Origin: Octopus vulgaris
Lineage: Eukaryota
Length of the DNA: 64,000 bases
Assembly: GCA_951406725.2 (NCBI GenBank)
Contig: OX597815.1
Location: 161,262,001 to 161,326,000, forward strand
Reading direction: 5' to 3'
Shown piece by piece: positions 14,101 to 28,005 of the stretch. Position numbers and translations under genes: made by a program. The notes beneath the pieces were generated by a model that had not been told where the DNA came from, made no database searches, and saw only the letters and a list, made by a program, of their open reading frames with translations. Each line of letters begins with the position of its first letter. The stretch's first letter is position 1.

Positions 14101-14496
14101 ATGGCTCTCAACCATTTTCTACTTATGGATCCTTTTGATTACCATTTTACTTTGGTGAATCCCCATAGCCATTTGATGTTTAAAATGAATTTTATAGATA
14201 TTTCTTTCAAAATTCCTCTTTCGTTATTCACTCTTTCATTTGTGTAGGTTGAACTATGTTAAGCATTAAAGAAAGAAACCTGGTTGTTTCTTGCAATAAA
14301 TACATCTAAAGCAATTTTTTTTATGAACCCTTAATATCTTAATATACTGCTGTGGATCTCAAAAATCTTATATAGACCCCAGTGGTCATATGAACCCTGG
14401 TTGAGAATCACTGACATACATACATACATACATACATACATACATACATACATACATACATACATACATACATACATACATAGAAAGGTAGGTTGG

Positions 14497-14532
<36 letters not shown>

Positions 14533-14861
14533 AAGGTAGGTTGGTGGATGGATGGATAGATGAATGTTCACTTTTCCTTGTTTGTATGGCTCAGATGGAA
14601 TTCATTGAGGCTCCTCTTATCACCAACCCTCACCAATTTCCAAGCAAAAGACCAACTCACCTCAAAATGAGCAGCAGCTGTGGCTGTGGTTGACTATGTG
14701 ATAAGCTCACATTTCCATGTTCCAGGGTGTTTTGTACCCTTGTTGTTTAAATATCTTAGAAACTAAGATCTAAGGTAAGCTCTGCTCTAAAGGGATAATA
14801 GGCTTGAGGCAGAATTAAAATTTTATGTATATTTACATGAGTATGTGTATATATATGTATG

Positions 14862-15130
14862 TACAGGGTGCGGTGAATAAATTGTTACCTAAATTACACA
14901 AGAATGAAAATAACACTGACTTCCCATTTTAACAGATGTATTTACCAAAATTTTATAAAAATATCTTGAAATACTAAAGACAACTTCAGAATGTTCTGCA
15001 ACTCATCTAGATGGTCTCCTTCTTTAAGCTGGTAAACAATGCCATAATCCGTGCCTTCAGTTCATCTTTAGTGTTACAAGGAGTTTTGTTGGTCTCTAGC
15101 TCAAATGTGCCCCACACATAATAACCAAGG
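14862..15130 (-). mobile_element. Tc1/mariner (maT-like) transposon 3' end with decayed transposase C-terminus
   Basis: TA-cagggtg terminal motif. Minus strand reads LGYYVWGTFELETNKTPCNTKDELKARIMALFTSLKKETI*MSCRTF*, matching the PLDYYVWG...N.TPHNT...LK..I tail. Confidence 0.75.
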
Positions 15131-15495
15131 AAGTTAATTGTGTGTTTGAGCTTGTCCCACACACACCATCCCTTGACAACTGATGTTGGTGTGTTTATGT
15201 CCCTGTAATTTAGCAGTTCAGCAAAAGGGACTGGTAAAATAAGTACTAGGCTTACAAAGAATAAGTCCTGGTGTCAATTTCTTCGACTAAAGGTGGTGAT
15301 CCAACGTAGCCACAGTCAAATGACTGAAACAGGTAAAAGAGTAAAAGAACATATGTATGTATATATGACAGGCTTCTTTCAGATTTCATCTAGGAAATCC
15401 ACTCATAGAACTTTGGTTAGACAGAGTTTATAATAGAAGATACTTGCCCAAAGTACCATGCAGTGGAACTGAACCCTGGTCCACGTGGTTTGGAA

Positions 15496-15715
15496 GCCTT
15501 ATAATTTAACACACTCACTAGTAAAATTTCCACTTATTTCTTATTTTAATTTTCCTAAAATTTTCGTTGCGTCTTGCAACCTTTTCAACAGTCTTGACTC
15601 TTAGTCAAGAGAATCAAGACTATTGAAAAGGTTGCAAGATGCAACGAAAATTTTAGGAAAATAAAAATAAGAAATGAGTGGAAATTTTACCGGTGAGTGT
15701 GTTACATTATAAGGC
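15496..15715. repeat. About 220-bp fold-back palindrome
   Basis: gccttataat.taacacactcac...ttcgttgcgtcttgcaaccttttcaa is mirrored by ttgaaaaggttgcaagatgcaacgaa...gtgagtgtgtta.attataaggc. Confidence 0.9.
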
Positions 15716-16679
15716 ACAAAAAGAAAATGACTCTCCCCAGACACAACAGTATATATATATATATATACACACACACATATATATGAGAGCACTTGAAAAC
15801 ATTTGTGGGAAACAAATTTCAAGGATATGGGTGAGTGTATATGTATCCACATACATATATATATATCTAGAAACAGAGGGAGAGAGATAAACATACACAT
15901 ATATGTGACATACATACAAAACATATATAACTATGTTGTCTAACTACAAACTAGACACATAGAATTCTCCTAATGTGTGAGCTTCATTCACATGCAGGTA
16001 TTCCAGTACAAGTATTTCAAGTGCAGTGTTTCTTTTCACTTATAAATAAGTGTTCCTGAAGAGAGAAAACAAAGCCTGTTTGCAAACTTGTTCTCCCCAA
16101 GGAAAGTTGTCTAATTGAGTAAAATGTTTTATAGAAGAGGTTTTAGTTAAAAAACACTACTTCTTATTGCAGCCACATTGCCAGGTGTATTGTGATAGTG
16201 ACTTGTAATAGTTAGTGATAAGCTGTAGTTGGTGTAGTGGTGGGGGATGATGGTGTAGATGGTGATGAGGTAGACAATACAATAGATTATCAAAAGCAGT
16301 AGGATTCTTCCTGTTTAGTTTTTTTGTATCTCATCAACAATTTTCATTCATATATACATGTTTGTGTATGTAAATCCTCCTCTCTGCACCCCTCCCTCTC
16401 TCTTTCGATAAATATATATATCATCATCATCATCATATTTATATATGTGTGTGTGTGTGTGTGTGTGTGCATGTGTGCATTTGTGTGTGAGTGCGTTTAC
16501 AATTTATGTATATTGTATATAAGTACTGGGGTCGATTTCTTCAACCAAAATTCTTCAAAATGGGGTCCCAGCATGGCTGCAGTTTAATGACTGAAACAAG
16601 TTAAAGGTAAAAATAGAAGACAAAAAGCATGTGTGTGTGTGTGTGTGTGTGTATGTGTGTGTATATATATGTATGTATG

Positions 16680-16713
<34 letters not shown>

Positions 16714-17048
16714 TGTATGTATGTATGTATAGGCTGAGTAGTAAGAGGCTTGCTTCCCAACCACATTGTTCCAGGTTCAGTCCCACTTGGAAAAGTGTCT
16801 TCTATTATAGTCTCAGGCCAACCAAAGTCTTGTGAGTAGATTTGGTAGATGGAAACTGAAAGAATCCTGCCATATATGTGTGTGTGTGTGTGTGTGTGTG
16901 TCACCGTTTGTCTGCACCGCCATCAGTTGACAGCCAATGCTAGTGTGCTTATGTATAAGTTTGTATGTATGCTGGTATGTATGTGTTTGTATGTGCGTGT
17001 GTATATTTGTGTATATACAAGTAGGAAGCCTGTAAAAGCAGTGTTATG

Positions 17049-17133
<85 letters not shown>

Positions 17134-17138
<5 letters not shown>

Positions 17139-17425
17139 CTTTATTACCCACAAGGGCTAAACACAGAGGGGACAAACAAGGACAGACAAAGGGATTAAGT
17201 CGATTACATCGACCCCAGTGCGTAACTGGTACTTAATTTATCGACCCCGAAAGGATGAAAGGCAAAGTCGACCTCGGCGGAATTTGAACTCGGTCGACTT
17301 TGCCTTTCATCCTTTCGGGGTCGATAAATTAAGTACCAGTTACGCACTGGGGTCGATGTAATCGACTTAATCCCTTTGTCTGTCCTGTTTGTCCCCTCTG
17401 TGTTTAGCCCTTGTGGGTAATAAAG

Positions 17426-17430
<5 letters not shown>
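17134..17430. repeat. Near-perfect inverted duplication of a SINE B 3' portion
   Basis: Arms 17134-17273 and 17292-17430 differ by one visible indel; 18-nt spacer; (TA)n on both flanks. Confidence 0.92.
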
Positions 17431-17502
<72 letters not shown>

Positions 17503-17517
17503 TAGACCTATCTGAAA

Positions 17518-17558
<41 letters not shown>

Positions 17559-17645
17559 TAAATATATATATATATATATACATAAATATATATATATATA
17601 TACACACACATAAATATATATATATATATATATACACACACATAA

Positions 17646-17694
<49 letters not shown>

Positions 17695-18667
17695 TATGTA
17701 TATATGCATATATATACACATATACACATTAATGCACAATGTGAAAACATCCCATTGTTCAAAGTAAACTGATAAATCAAAAAATAATTGGGATTCCTCT
17801 CACTGATATGTTTTAGGTCTTCTTTACCAACATACAGAACTAATAATTTAGATTGCTACACACACACACACACGCTGCACACACATATATCTGTTGCAGT
17901 ATCATATCACAATATCATGTTTACAATCTTACTGGTTTGCATACATCTTAGTCAACTACATAATTACACTAATAAATTAAACACACAAAAAAAAGAACCT
18001 GCTGGCTTGCTCTCTATGTAGACAAAGTTGGCAGTTCCTACCCAGAAAGTTTCCATAAATATTAATTATTGGTTTAAAATTTTGACACAAAGCCAGCTGT
18101 TTTGATTACATTGACCCCAGCATTCAACTGGTATTTATTTTATCATTCTTGAAAGGATGGAAGGCAAAGACAACCTTGGCAGAAATTTTAACTCAGAATG
18201 TAAAAAATGCTGCGAACCATTTTGGACAGCATGCAAATGATTCTGTCCTTGTGAGTGCATTTGCTTGACAACTGGTGTTGGTTTGTTTACTTCCCTGTAA
18301 CTTAATGGTTCAGCAAAAAGACAACAGAATCAGTACCAGGCTTAAAAAATAAGAAGTACTAGGATCAATTCATTTGACTAAAAGGTTCTTCAAAGCAGTG
18401 CCCCAGCATGGCCACAATCTAATGGCTGAAATACATAAAAGAAAAAGATAAAAGATAACTCAAAACAAAATGAGTTCTGTATTTTCTGGCATACAAATCA
18501 TATTATTGAAACCAAAATTTGCAGCCAGAAAAAGGTAGGTTGGCTTATACATGAAGACAGCTTTGTAGGACCAATAATTCCTTGTGAAATGCAGCAGGAT
18601 TTGGAAAAATAGTGATAATGTGTGGATGTTTACACTACATGTTTACCCAGTATACTATGTTGACTTG

Positions 18668-18888
18668 TATGAAAAGGTGCTGAAAAGTCCCTGCCTTTAA
18701 GGCTATAATGAAAGGCCCGGTTGGAGGCCCAACCTTCCAAGTTCTTTTATAGGGCTTAGAACAACTGAAGGACCACTGCAATAAGTGAGTTAATCTAAGA
18801 GAGGAATATGTTGAATAAAGTCATAATTAACTGATCTTCTTGTATTTTCTTTTACTCAAAGCCAGGAACTTTTCAGCACCTCCTCATA
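18668..18888 (+). mobile_element. Mariner-derived MITE
   Basis: TA-flanked TIRs ggtgctgaaaagtccctg / ccaggaacttttcagcacc. Internal GLEQLKDHCNK*VNLREEYVE* resembles the mariner transposase C-terminus. A partial reverse copy lies at about 38380-38500. Confidence 0.8.
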
Positions 18889-20086
18889 TGTCGAAAAATA
18901 TGGTACCGTTTACTAAAAAGGTCTTTGCTGAAACTTTGTAAATGATATTTCATTATCATTTACCAGTTGAACATCAATAAATCAGCCCCTCAACTACTTT
19001 GCGGTCAATGATGAGTTTGTTCTATAAATTTATAATAGCAAAGGCCTATTCACTTCCATTTTCTCCAAGAAACCAAAAAAGAAAAAATGATTAATTCTTT
19101 AAATTTTGTATGTAATAATTAATATTTATGAAGGCAGCAAAAGGACAGTGAGACTGAACCCAGAACTACGTGGTTGAGAAGCAAGCTTCTTACCACACTG
19201 TTCTGTGTTAAAAGTTAAGAACAGATTACAGATATTTTCAGTGGATTATCTTTAAAACAATAGCATCCTATTTTGTAGTGAGATTTTTTTCACATACATA
19301 GTCTATCATTGAATTTAAAGCTAATCGTTAACACTATTAATCCACCACTTCCAGTTATTATTATCCTCGTTTGAGTTCAGATAAATAGAATCTGACAGAT
19401 CATATTTGCTCAAGATCTGCACTTGTTTTGTCCGTCAGCCAAATAAAATGAACTTGAATGCACTGAAATAAGAGATAGTAAAAAACAGTTGACTGTCTTA
19501 CAGCATAATAAAGATGTCATCTTGGATGATATATTGGCTATCATATGACAACATTGCTTCCTGCAACAAATTTAGTTGGAAATTATGTGCTAGAAAGAAA
19601 AGTTTATGGTCAAATGCTTAATGTTAAAAATTTATCCCAGCTTGAAAAAAAAAAATTTAAAAAAACACAAAACAAAACATAGTGAGATGATATAATAATT
19701 TAGGTGAATACTGAAATTTATAAGACATTCCTTGTCTTATCGTAGGTAATAGAAGCTTAATTCTTTAGTATTTAAAGTGGTTATATCCATCCCAAATATG
19801 CCACCAGTTTTATATTCTTATCAGCCAGATCTAGCCTGTCACACCTACCTTTCAATGCCATCTTAAAAATATACAACCACATCAAAATTTCAAAGTATTG
19901 AGATAATGTATGATTAATTTAAAACGATGTGAATGAAAAAGCATTACATTTGACAGAATAATCTGAATGCTAAAGGGTTAAAATATAAATGGTACTTATT
20001 CTATGAAGTGCAAGAAAGATAAAATGCAAAGTCAAGCTTCAAAAGATTTTGAAATCAGAATGAAAATAGACATAACCAAATGGGAA

Positions 20087-20126
<40 letters not shown>

Positions 20127-20129
20127 ATA

Positions 20130-21200
20130 ATAATAATAATAATAATAATAACTCTTTCTACTAAAGGCGGAAGGCCTGAAATTTTGTGGGAGTGGACTTG
20201 TTGATTACATTGACTCCAGTGTTCCACTGGTACTTATCTTATTGACCCTGAAAGGATGAAAGACAAAATCAACCTTGGCAGAATTTGAACTCAGAACATA
20301 AAGGCAGACAAAATGCTGCCCAATGTGGTAATGATTCCTCCAGCTTGCTACTTTAAGATTAATATTCAGTGTTGGCTTCAAATTTTGGCACAAGGCCAGC
20401 AAGGTTGGGGAGGGGTGTAAGTCAATTACATTGACCCCAGTAACCAACTGGTACTTATTTTATCAAACTTGAAAGGATGAAAGGCAAAGTCTACCTTGGC
20501 GGAATTTGAACTCAGAATGTAAAGGCAGATGAAATGCCACTTAGCATTTTGCCTGACGTGCTGACAATTCTGTCAACTTGCTATCTCAATAATAATAATA
20601 ATAATCCTTTCTACTGAAGGCACAAGGCCTGAAATTTGTTGAGGAGGGGGACTAGTCGATTACATCAATCCCAGTATTTCACTGGTACCTAATTTATCAA
20701 CCCCGAAAGGATGAAAAGCACAGTCGAACTCGGCAGAATTTGAACTCATATGTAAAGATGAACAAAATACTGTTAAGCATTTTGCTTGGAGTGCTAACAA
20801 TTCTGTCAGCTTGCTATCTCAATAATAATAATAATGCTTGCTGCTATAGGCACAAGGCCTGGAAATTTGGGGGAGAGGGTGGTCGATTACATTGATCCCA
20901 GTGTTCAACTGGTACTTATTTTACTGATTCCCTAAAAAGGATAACAGGCAAAATTGACCTCGACAGAATTTGAACTCAGAATGTAAAGAGCCTGAAGAAA
21001 TGCCTTTTGTCTGATGCACTGTCTTGGTACAAAGCCTGTAATTTTAAGGGGAGTGGGTTAATTGATTCCATTAACCTAAATAAGTACTTGATTGGTACTT
21101 TATTATATCAACCCCAACGGGATAACAGGTTGCAAATGAACTCAGAATGTAATCATTATAAGAAATACTGCAGACATTTATTCTGACGTTATTACAATTA
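20130..21200 (-). mobile_element. Head-to-tail array of about 5 SINE B copies
   Basis: Repeated gattacattgac.ccag...gaatttgaactcagaa units, some separated by (AAT)n. Confidence 0.8.
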
Positions 21201-22063
21201 CACCAGTTTGATAATGATAAAAAATTACACCAGTTTGATAATGATAAAAAAAAAAAAAATGATGATAATGATGATGATGATGATCTGAGCAATTGGCCAG
21301 CAATTTTAATAATGAAGGCAATGAAAATTAAATTTGTGCTCAATATGTGCTATTTAAAATGCTTGTTTGTCACTGAATGTGTGTATGTTTGCAAGTGGTT
21401 GGATTTTTGTTCATAATTTATTTTGTTTTAAGTAATGATTTTGATTAAATATGGCAGGTAAAAATAGCTCAGGAAAAATTAAGAGAAATGTCTTGAAAGA
21501 TTCACGCAGAGCTTATTTTTTTTATTTTACTTTGAAAGCCAAATGCCAAAGTCCTCACGAAAGTTAGTATTTATTCTGAACAGGATATCATCTTTGATTC
21601 TTCGCATTGCCTTTCCTGTATATCATATAAATTTGTTATCTCACTTTATGCATGGAAGGAAAGCAATTGAGATTTTTGAAAATTGCCGAAAGTGTTCTTA
21701 AAGATAAAGTAAAAGTTCAAACAAGCAAGAAAACAAAACAAACAAAAATACTGGTTTTTGTTCATCTATTTGTAATATATTAATTATTTCCTTTTATATC
21801 ACACACAAAAAAATGAATAAATAAATAAACCCTGCAGACAGATGAATAGATAAGCTTTCTCACTCTTTGTTTTTGTCTCTCTGTTTTTATTTCTTTCTTT
21901 CTCTCTCTCTCTCTCTCTCTCTTCTTCAAACACACATACATGAATACAGGGACATATGTCTGTAATATTATGTGTTTGTGTATGCATATATGTGTACATG
22001 TGTATATATATTTATGTACACTCACAGACACCACACACACACATACATACATGCATACATACG

Positions 22064-22117
<54 letters not shown>

Positions 22118-22294
22118 GACACACACATGGGTGTGTGGTAAGAAGTTTGCTTCCCAACAACATGGTTCCAGGTTCAGTCCCACTGTGTGGCACTTTGGGC
22201 AAACATCTTCTACAATAACCTCATGTGGACCAAAGCTTTGTAAGTGGACTTAGCAGATAGAGACTGAAAGAAGCCCATCCTATTTATATGTATA

Positions 22295-22633
22295 CTAGCA
22301 GTATCGCCCGGCATTGCTCAGGTTTGTAAGGGAAATAACTATAAAGCATTTTTAGAGAGTTATAGCCAAAAAATAGCAAAAAAATGGAAAAAAATAATGG
22401 TAAATTTGCGGTTTGTGTTTCTGATTCTCGACCCCATGTCGAATTTATCGATATTTTTCAGAAGTGGGGGAACTTTTCAAAATTTTCGCTGCGTTAGTTT
22501 TGAATTATGACATTGGGCTATGTGTGTGTCAAGTTTCATCAGAATCGGTTGAAAGCCGTGGTCAGGGTGAGGGTACGAGAAAACAGACACACAGAAACAC
22601 GCACAGACAAACTGCCGTTTATATATAGAGAGA
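22295..22633 (-). mobile_element. Non-autonomous Helitron (Lep1-like architecture)
   Basis: On the minus strand: 5' A^TC start, tgtctgt microsatellite-like stretch, aaccgattctgatgaaac, subterminal GC-rich hairpin-like cctgagcaatgccggg, and CTAG^T end. Inserted in the microsatellite of a SINE A copy. Confidence 0.75.
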
Positions 22634-22651
22634 TATATTTGTGTGTGTGTG

Positions 22652-22687
<36 letters not shown>

Positions 22688-23985
22688 TATGTATGCAGAT
22701 GTGTATCCATTCGTTCATCCATTCACTCTATGTACTTTTCAATGCATATATATGTGTATATTATCTGTATGCATATGCAAGTGTGTGTGTGTGTGTGTGT
22801 GTGCGTGTGTGCTTGGAACATTGTAGTTAGCTTGAAGCATTGTAATACAGAAGTAAGATAACAAATAATGAAGACAAAGAGCTTCTAGCAATGCGAACAG
22901 GGAAAGTTAAGTAACCTTTATATATTTCAGTCACAAAGGCCCAGCTGGAGTTACTGCTTTTGGCAAGGTGGCAGAACTGTTAGCATGTTGGACAAGATAC
23001 TTAGCAGCTTTTCTTCTGTCTTTTTATGTTCTAAGTTCAAATCCCACTGAGGTCAACATTACCTTTCATCCTTTCAGGGTTGATAGAATAAGTACCAGGT
23101 GACTACACCCACTCCAAAATTTCAGGTCTTTCCAATATAATTAGAAAGGACTATTGTAATATAACTTGGTATTTGGTGATTTGTTTACTGTGAGATTTCA
23201 TTATATGAATCAGTGTACATGTAGTCCAGTGGTTGAGGTGTTGCACTCGCAATGACAAGACAATGAGTTGAATTCCCAGACTGGGTTTTACATTGTGTTC
23301 TTAAGCAGAACACTTCATCTCACATTGCTCTATAGTAGCTTCAATAGCTGATGTATTGCATACCATGCACTTGTACAAGCAATGTTGATTTGATGGAAGG
23401 AGTGAGCTTATGAACTTATATGCAGCTCAAACCTTTAATCATTATAAAAAGAAAAATTATCTGTACAAGTTAATAAGCAAGAAATTTCCAAACTGTCTTT
23501 CTCAAACTCAGGAGACTACTATAAAAACATTTGATAATCCATTTAATCTGTTTGTTAAAGCCTTTTGGGATTAAGCTTAGCTCTCAGTGTTGAACATTTG
23601 GTATTCCACAGATGCTTTAGTCTTTGGAGAAAGCCTATCGCATATAGTTTCAGACTGCATATTTGGTTCTCATATAGTAATTTTTATGGGTGAAACAGAC
23701 TGAAACCTTTTAACCCTGATAACTTTATACAGTTACTTTCATTTTCTAATCAATTAATTTTAAAGAGACGATGAGTTGCATACACAGCACAAATAACAAT
23801 GTTTTTAAAGAGACAATATTCTTTAAAAGTTTTAACAAATTTTGCTTCATTATGAATTTTAAAGTTATTCATAGCTTGAGAATTTCAGAAAAAATGATTT
23901 TACTTTTACATAATTAATTACTGTTGGAGATAATGTATGAAATAATTACATAAGACTGAATATTATGCTGACTGCTATGGCAACC

Positions 23986-24209
23986 TATTTCTTTACTACC
24001 CACAAGGGGCTAAATACAGAGAGGACAAACAAGGACAGACAAACGGATTAAGTCGATTATATCGACCCCAGTGAGTAATTGGTACTTATTTAATCGACCC
24101 TGAAAGGATGAAAGTTGACCTCGGCGGAATTTGAACTCAGAACGTAGCTGCAGACGAAATACTGCAAAGCATTTCGCCCGGCGTGCTAACATTTCTGCCA
24201 GCTCGCCGC
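23986..24209 (-). mobile_element. SINE family B, young copy with tail variant 2
   Basis: CpG-rich full-length match, flanked by a direct repeat gctatggcaacc (probable TSD). Confidence 0.85.
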
Positions 24210-24278
24210 TATGGCAACCATGGTTTGTTTAAGTCTGCATAAATGTGCATGCATGCATGCACACACACACACATTTTA

Positions 24279-24470
24279 AACAAAGTATGCAGTATTCTAG
24301 ATCCATTTCAGCTGATCTTACCAATCAGTTTTGCTCTATGCATTAAATAACAGTGCAGATAAATAGAACAGCAAATATGGTATTACTTGACTGAACTGTT
24401 ATATAATACCCATTGTGAAACCTATTTTTAAGATCAGCTGAAATGGATCTATAATATCATATATTTTGTT
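24279..24470. mobile_element. Small inverted-repeat element (MITE-like)
   Basis: tagatccatttcagctgatctta / taagatcagctgaaatggatcta is a perfect inverted repeat. Confidence 0.7.
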
Positions 24471-25323
24471 GTCTACTCCTTATGCAGAGTCTGACGACCT
24501 CTTGTACTTACACCTTAGATCTCTCATGGCATCTGATGTGGCTTTTAAAACCAGACAATGTCTTCAAAAGGCACCCACAAAAATTGCATATCCAATTTGG
24601 ACCACCAAGAGCTGCAGATATAAATATATATGAAGCCCAATATACCTATCATGACTACCCATCTCATAAAAGTACACCAGGCATATACATCACAACCATA
24701 TGTACATAACAGGATAGGATAATCTCATATCAAGCTAAACAATGCATGACCAGTTAGAATTTTCTTCATGTTGAGTAGCCCATCCTGCTCAAAAATGTCC
24801 CTGATTAAGGCTTGTTTGAGGATGAAGAATGGAAAACACATATTTCCTAAAGTGAATCATTCAAACCCCAAAGAATACCTTTCAACATATGGCTATGATG
24901 TTCCCCCACTACTCCTGCTCGTGATCAGAGATGCCCATATTGTCAGTCACTAAGGGACATGTTCAGCTGGTTAAGGTCAAGCAACTGACAAGCAAATCTG
25001 CAATACTGAGCAGAATATTTGCTGTTTCCCCCATCTTTTACACCAAGACAAAACATGTACATGACAACACTTCCAATCACTTAAGATCAGAAGCCATGGG
25101 AGCCACTGCCTGGTACTGCATCAGGGCACTTATTTAGCATGCCAGGCGAAATGCTTAGTGGCATTTTGTCTGTCTTCACATTCTGAGTTCAAATGCCACA
25201 GGGGTCAACTTTGCCTTTTGTCCTTTCGGGTCAGTAAAGTAAGTACTAGTTGAGCACTAGGGTCAATGTAATCAACTTACTCCCTACTCCAAAATTTCAG
25301 GCCTTGTGCCTATAATTGAAAGG

Positions 25324-25355
<32 letters not shown>

Positions 25356-25576
25356 GGTGGTAAGCTGGCAGAATCATTAACAAATCAGGCAAAATGCTTA
25401 GTGGCATTTTGTGTCATTATATTCTGAGTTCAAATGCTGCTGAGGTTGACTTTGCCATTCATGCTTTCGGGGTCAATAAATTATGTACCAGTGAAACACT
25501 GGGGTTGATGTAATTGACTAGTTCCCCCCCAAAAAATTTCTAGCCTTGTGCCTTTAGTAGAGAGAGATTATTATTA

Positions 25577-25607
<31 letters not shown>

Positions 25608-26827
25608 GTAGTCTCTTTAATTTATATTGTTTTCTGTCTAGATGTCATGGCAGGTGGTGAGAAGCTGACAGCTACAATATTTTATTCTAGATTTACCATG
25701 TCTGACAAGAATCTAATAAAATATTCATAACATAGTGACATAATATTTTATCAACTTGTTTCTCAAATATTTTTTTACCTTTCTCGCATGATTATAAGAG
25801 TACTTGGCTGTTGATTTATTTTAGTCTAAACATTTAAACAAACTTAATATATATTCATTTGTTGTTGCATTTGCATTCCCAGAATTCTTGAAACTTATTG
25901 TGCCTCAACAATAGCTTTATGTATTTGTTGATTGACTGCAGATCACAACATCAGGCGTTTAAGTTTTTCTACTGAAACATTGTGTCATACTCCTATGTCC
26001 AATACATGCTGTCTTTGCAGCTTCAGTTGCAACTTCTTATCCCTTTAGCACTTAAAACAGCCAAATGGGGCCCAAATATTTATGTTTTATGTTCAAACTG
26101 TCCAGATCCCACAATGCACTTATTCACATCATCAAAATCTTGAAGCTACAGGTTAACGTATGATTAATTCAAACCATGTCAATAAATAAGCATTGCATAT
26201 GACAAAGTAATTTGAATGCTAAAGAAGATTATAGTAAAAAACATATGCCCACGGTTTTCACATAGTGAGACTGAACTTGTGACCATATGGTTTGGAAGCA
26301 ACCTTACCACACTCGCACATGCACACTCACATACACACACCACTCACAGAGAATAAGTGAACAACTTATTACTTGTAGGTTTCAAATTGATCAATCATTG
26401 ATCCCCTGATTTTCTGATAAAACTATAGACAGTCACAGCTGGAATGTCTTTGGTTGTAAGCTCAAACTGTGCTCACATGAAAGCTAAATGCTAAACAATA
26501 TCACAATAACATAAGCCAATTGCTTGACCTACTTGAAATAGCAGCCTAATCTTCCTTACATTCATGTTTAACCACCTAGAGAAACGAAAGCAAACATTAT
26601 ATAATGGAATCCCAGATACCCTAAACAGATAAAATGGTCATAACTGGAGAGTCTTTGATGATAGATTTGCTTAATAAGAACTCACCCAGAGATAAACAAC
26701 ATCATCATATAATTCAGTTCCAGCTATTTAGCCATATAATTTTTTCAGAACTACTTGTGTTTCACAGAATGTGTCTCTTGATGAATAAGGCATTTCTACT
26801 GTATTTTCCAATATACAAGTTGACATA

Positions 26828-27197
26828 GTGGCTGTGTGGTAAGTAGCTTGCTTACCAACCACATGGTTCCAGGTTCAGTCCCACTGCGTGGTATCTTGGG
26901 CAAGTGTCTTCTGCTATAGCCCCGGGCCGACCAATGCCTTGTGAGTGGATTTGCTAGACGGAAACTGAAAGAAGCCTGTCGTATATATGTATATATATAT
27001 ATATATTATAAAATGAGATAGGGGTTGAAAATTCAACCCACCATGGGATAATATATATCCAATATACTGCTAGATAGGTATTTCATTTTATATATTGCCT
27101 TTACTCCTATGTAATGGTGTATTAAAGTATGGATTGAGTATCATCGGATAGTTGATGTTTTATTGATTTAAGTATGTTTCTCCATTCTCTAATTTTG

Positions 27198-27247
<50 letters not shown>

Positions 27248-27470
27248 ATATATGTTTGTGTGTCTGTGTTTGTCCCCCTAGCATTGCTTGACAACCAATG
27301 CTGGTGTGTTTACGTCCCCGTCACTTAGCGGTTCGGCAAAAGAGACCGATAGGATAAGTATTGGGCTTACAAAGAATAAGTCCTGGGGTCGATTTGCTCG
27401 ACTAAAGGCGGTGCTCCAGCATGACTGCAGTCAAATGACTGAAACGAGTAAAAGAGAGAGAGAGAGAGAG
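26828..27470 (+). mobile_element. SINE family A with about 200 bp inserted in its (TA)n tract
   Basis: Head 26828-27000 and tail 27240-27470 match family A. Confidence 0.8.
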
Positions 27471-27516
27471 AGATACCTTCATAATGGAGAGTAGGTAAAA
27501 ATGCACCAGAGTCTTT

Positions 27517-27700
27517 AGTCATCTGTCAAGTCACAACAAGGACCTCAGACAGATAATACTTTCCTTAAGATGTACGCAGTGCCTAACACAGCTGCTTTTT
27601 GCAAGACATCAATCTTGCATGGGATATCCAGTTGCCTCAAGAAGTTTCGAAGTTTCAATGGGACTGCGCCCAAAGCTTCAATCACCACTGGTATTATTTT
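27517..27700 (-). mobile_element. Dong/R4-clade non-LTR retrotransposon 3' remnant
   Basis: Minus strand reads IIPVVIEALGAVPLKLRNFLRQLDIPCKIDVLQKAAVLGTAYILRK, followed by a short 3' UTR. Confidence 0.75.
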
Positions 27701-27966
27701 TACATTACCCTCTCACATTCCATACATTCCATACTCCCTCATGTTCACATTTAACCACCTAAAGAAATGGATGCAAACATTATGTAATGTAATCCCAGAT
27801 TACTCTAAACAGATAAAATGGTCATGACTGGAGAGTCTCTGAGGATAGATTTGCTTAAGCAGAACTCACCTAGAGATAAACAACAACAATTATTATTATT
27901 ATTATTATTATTGCTCCAGCATGGCCACAGCTCATGAGCTGAAACTAGATGAAAAAAATATATTAC

Positions 27967-28005
<39 letters not shown>

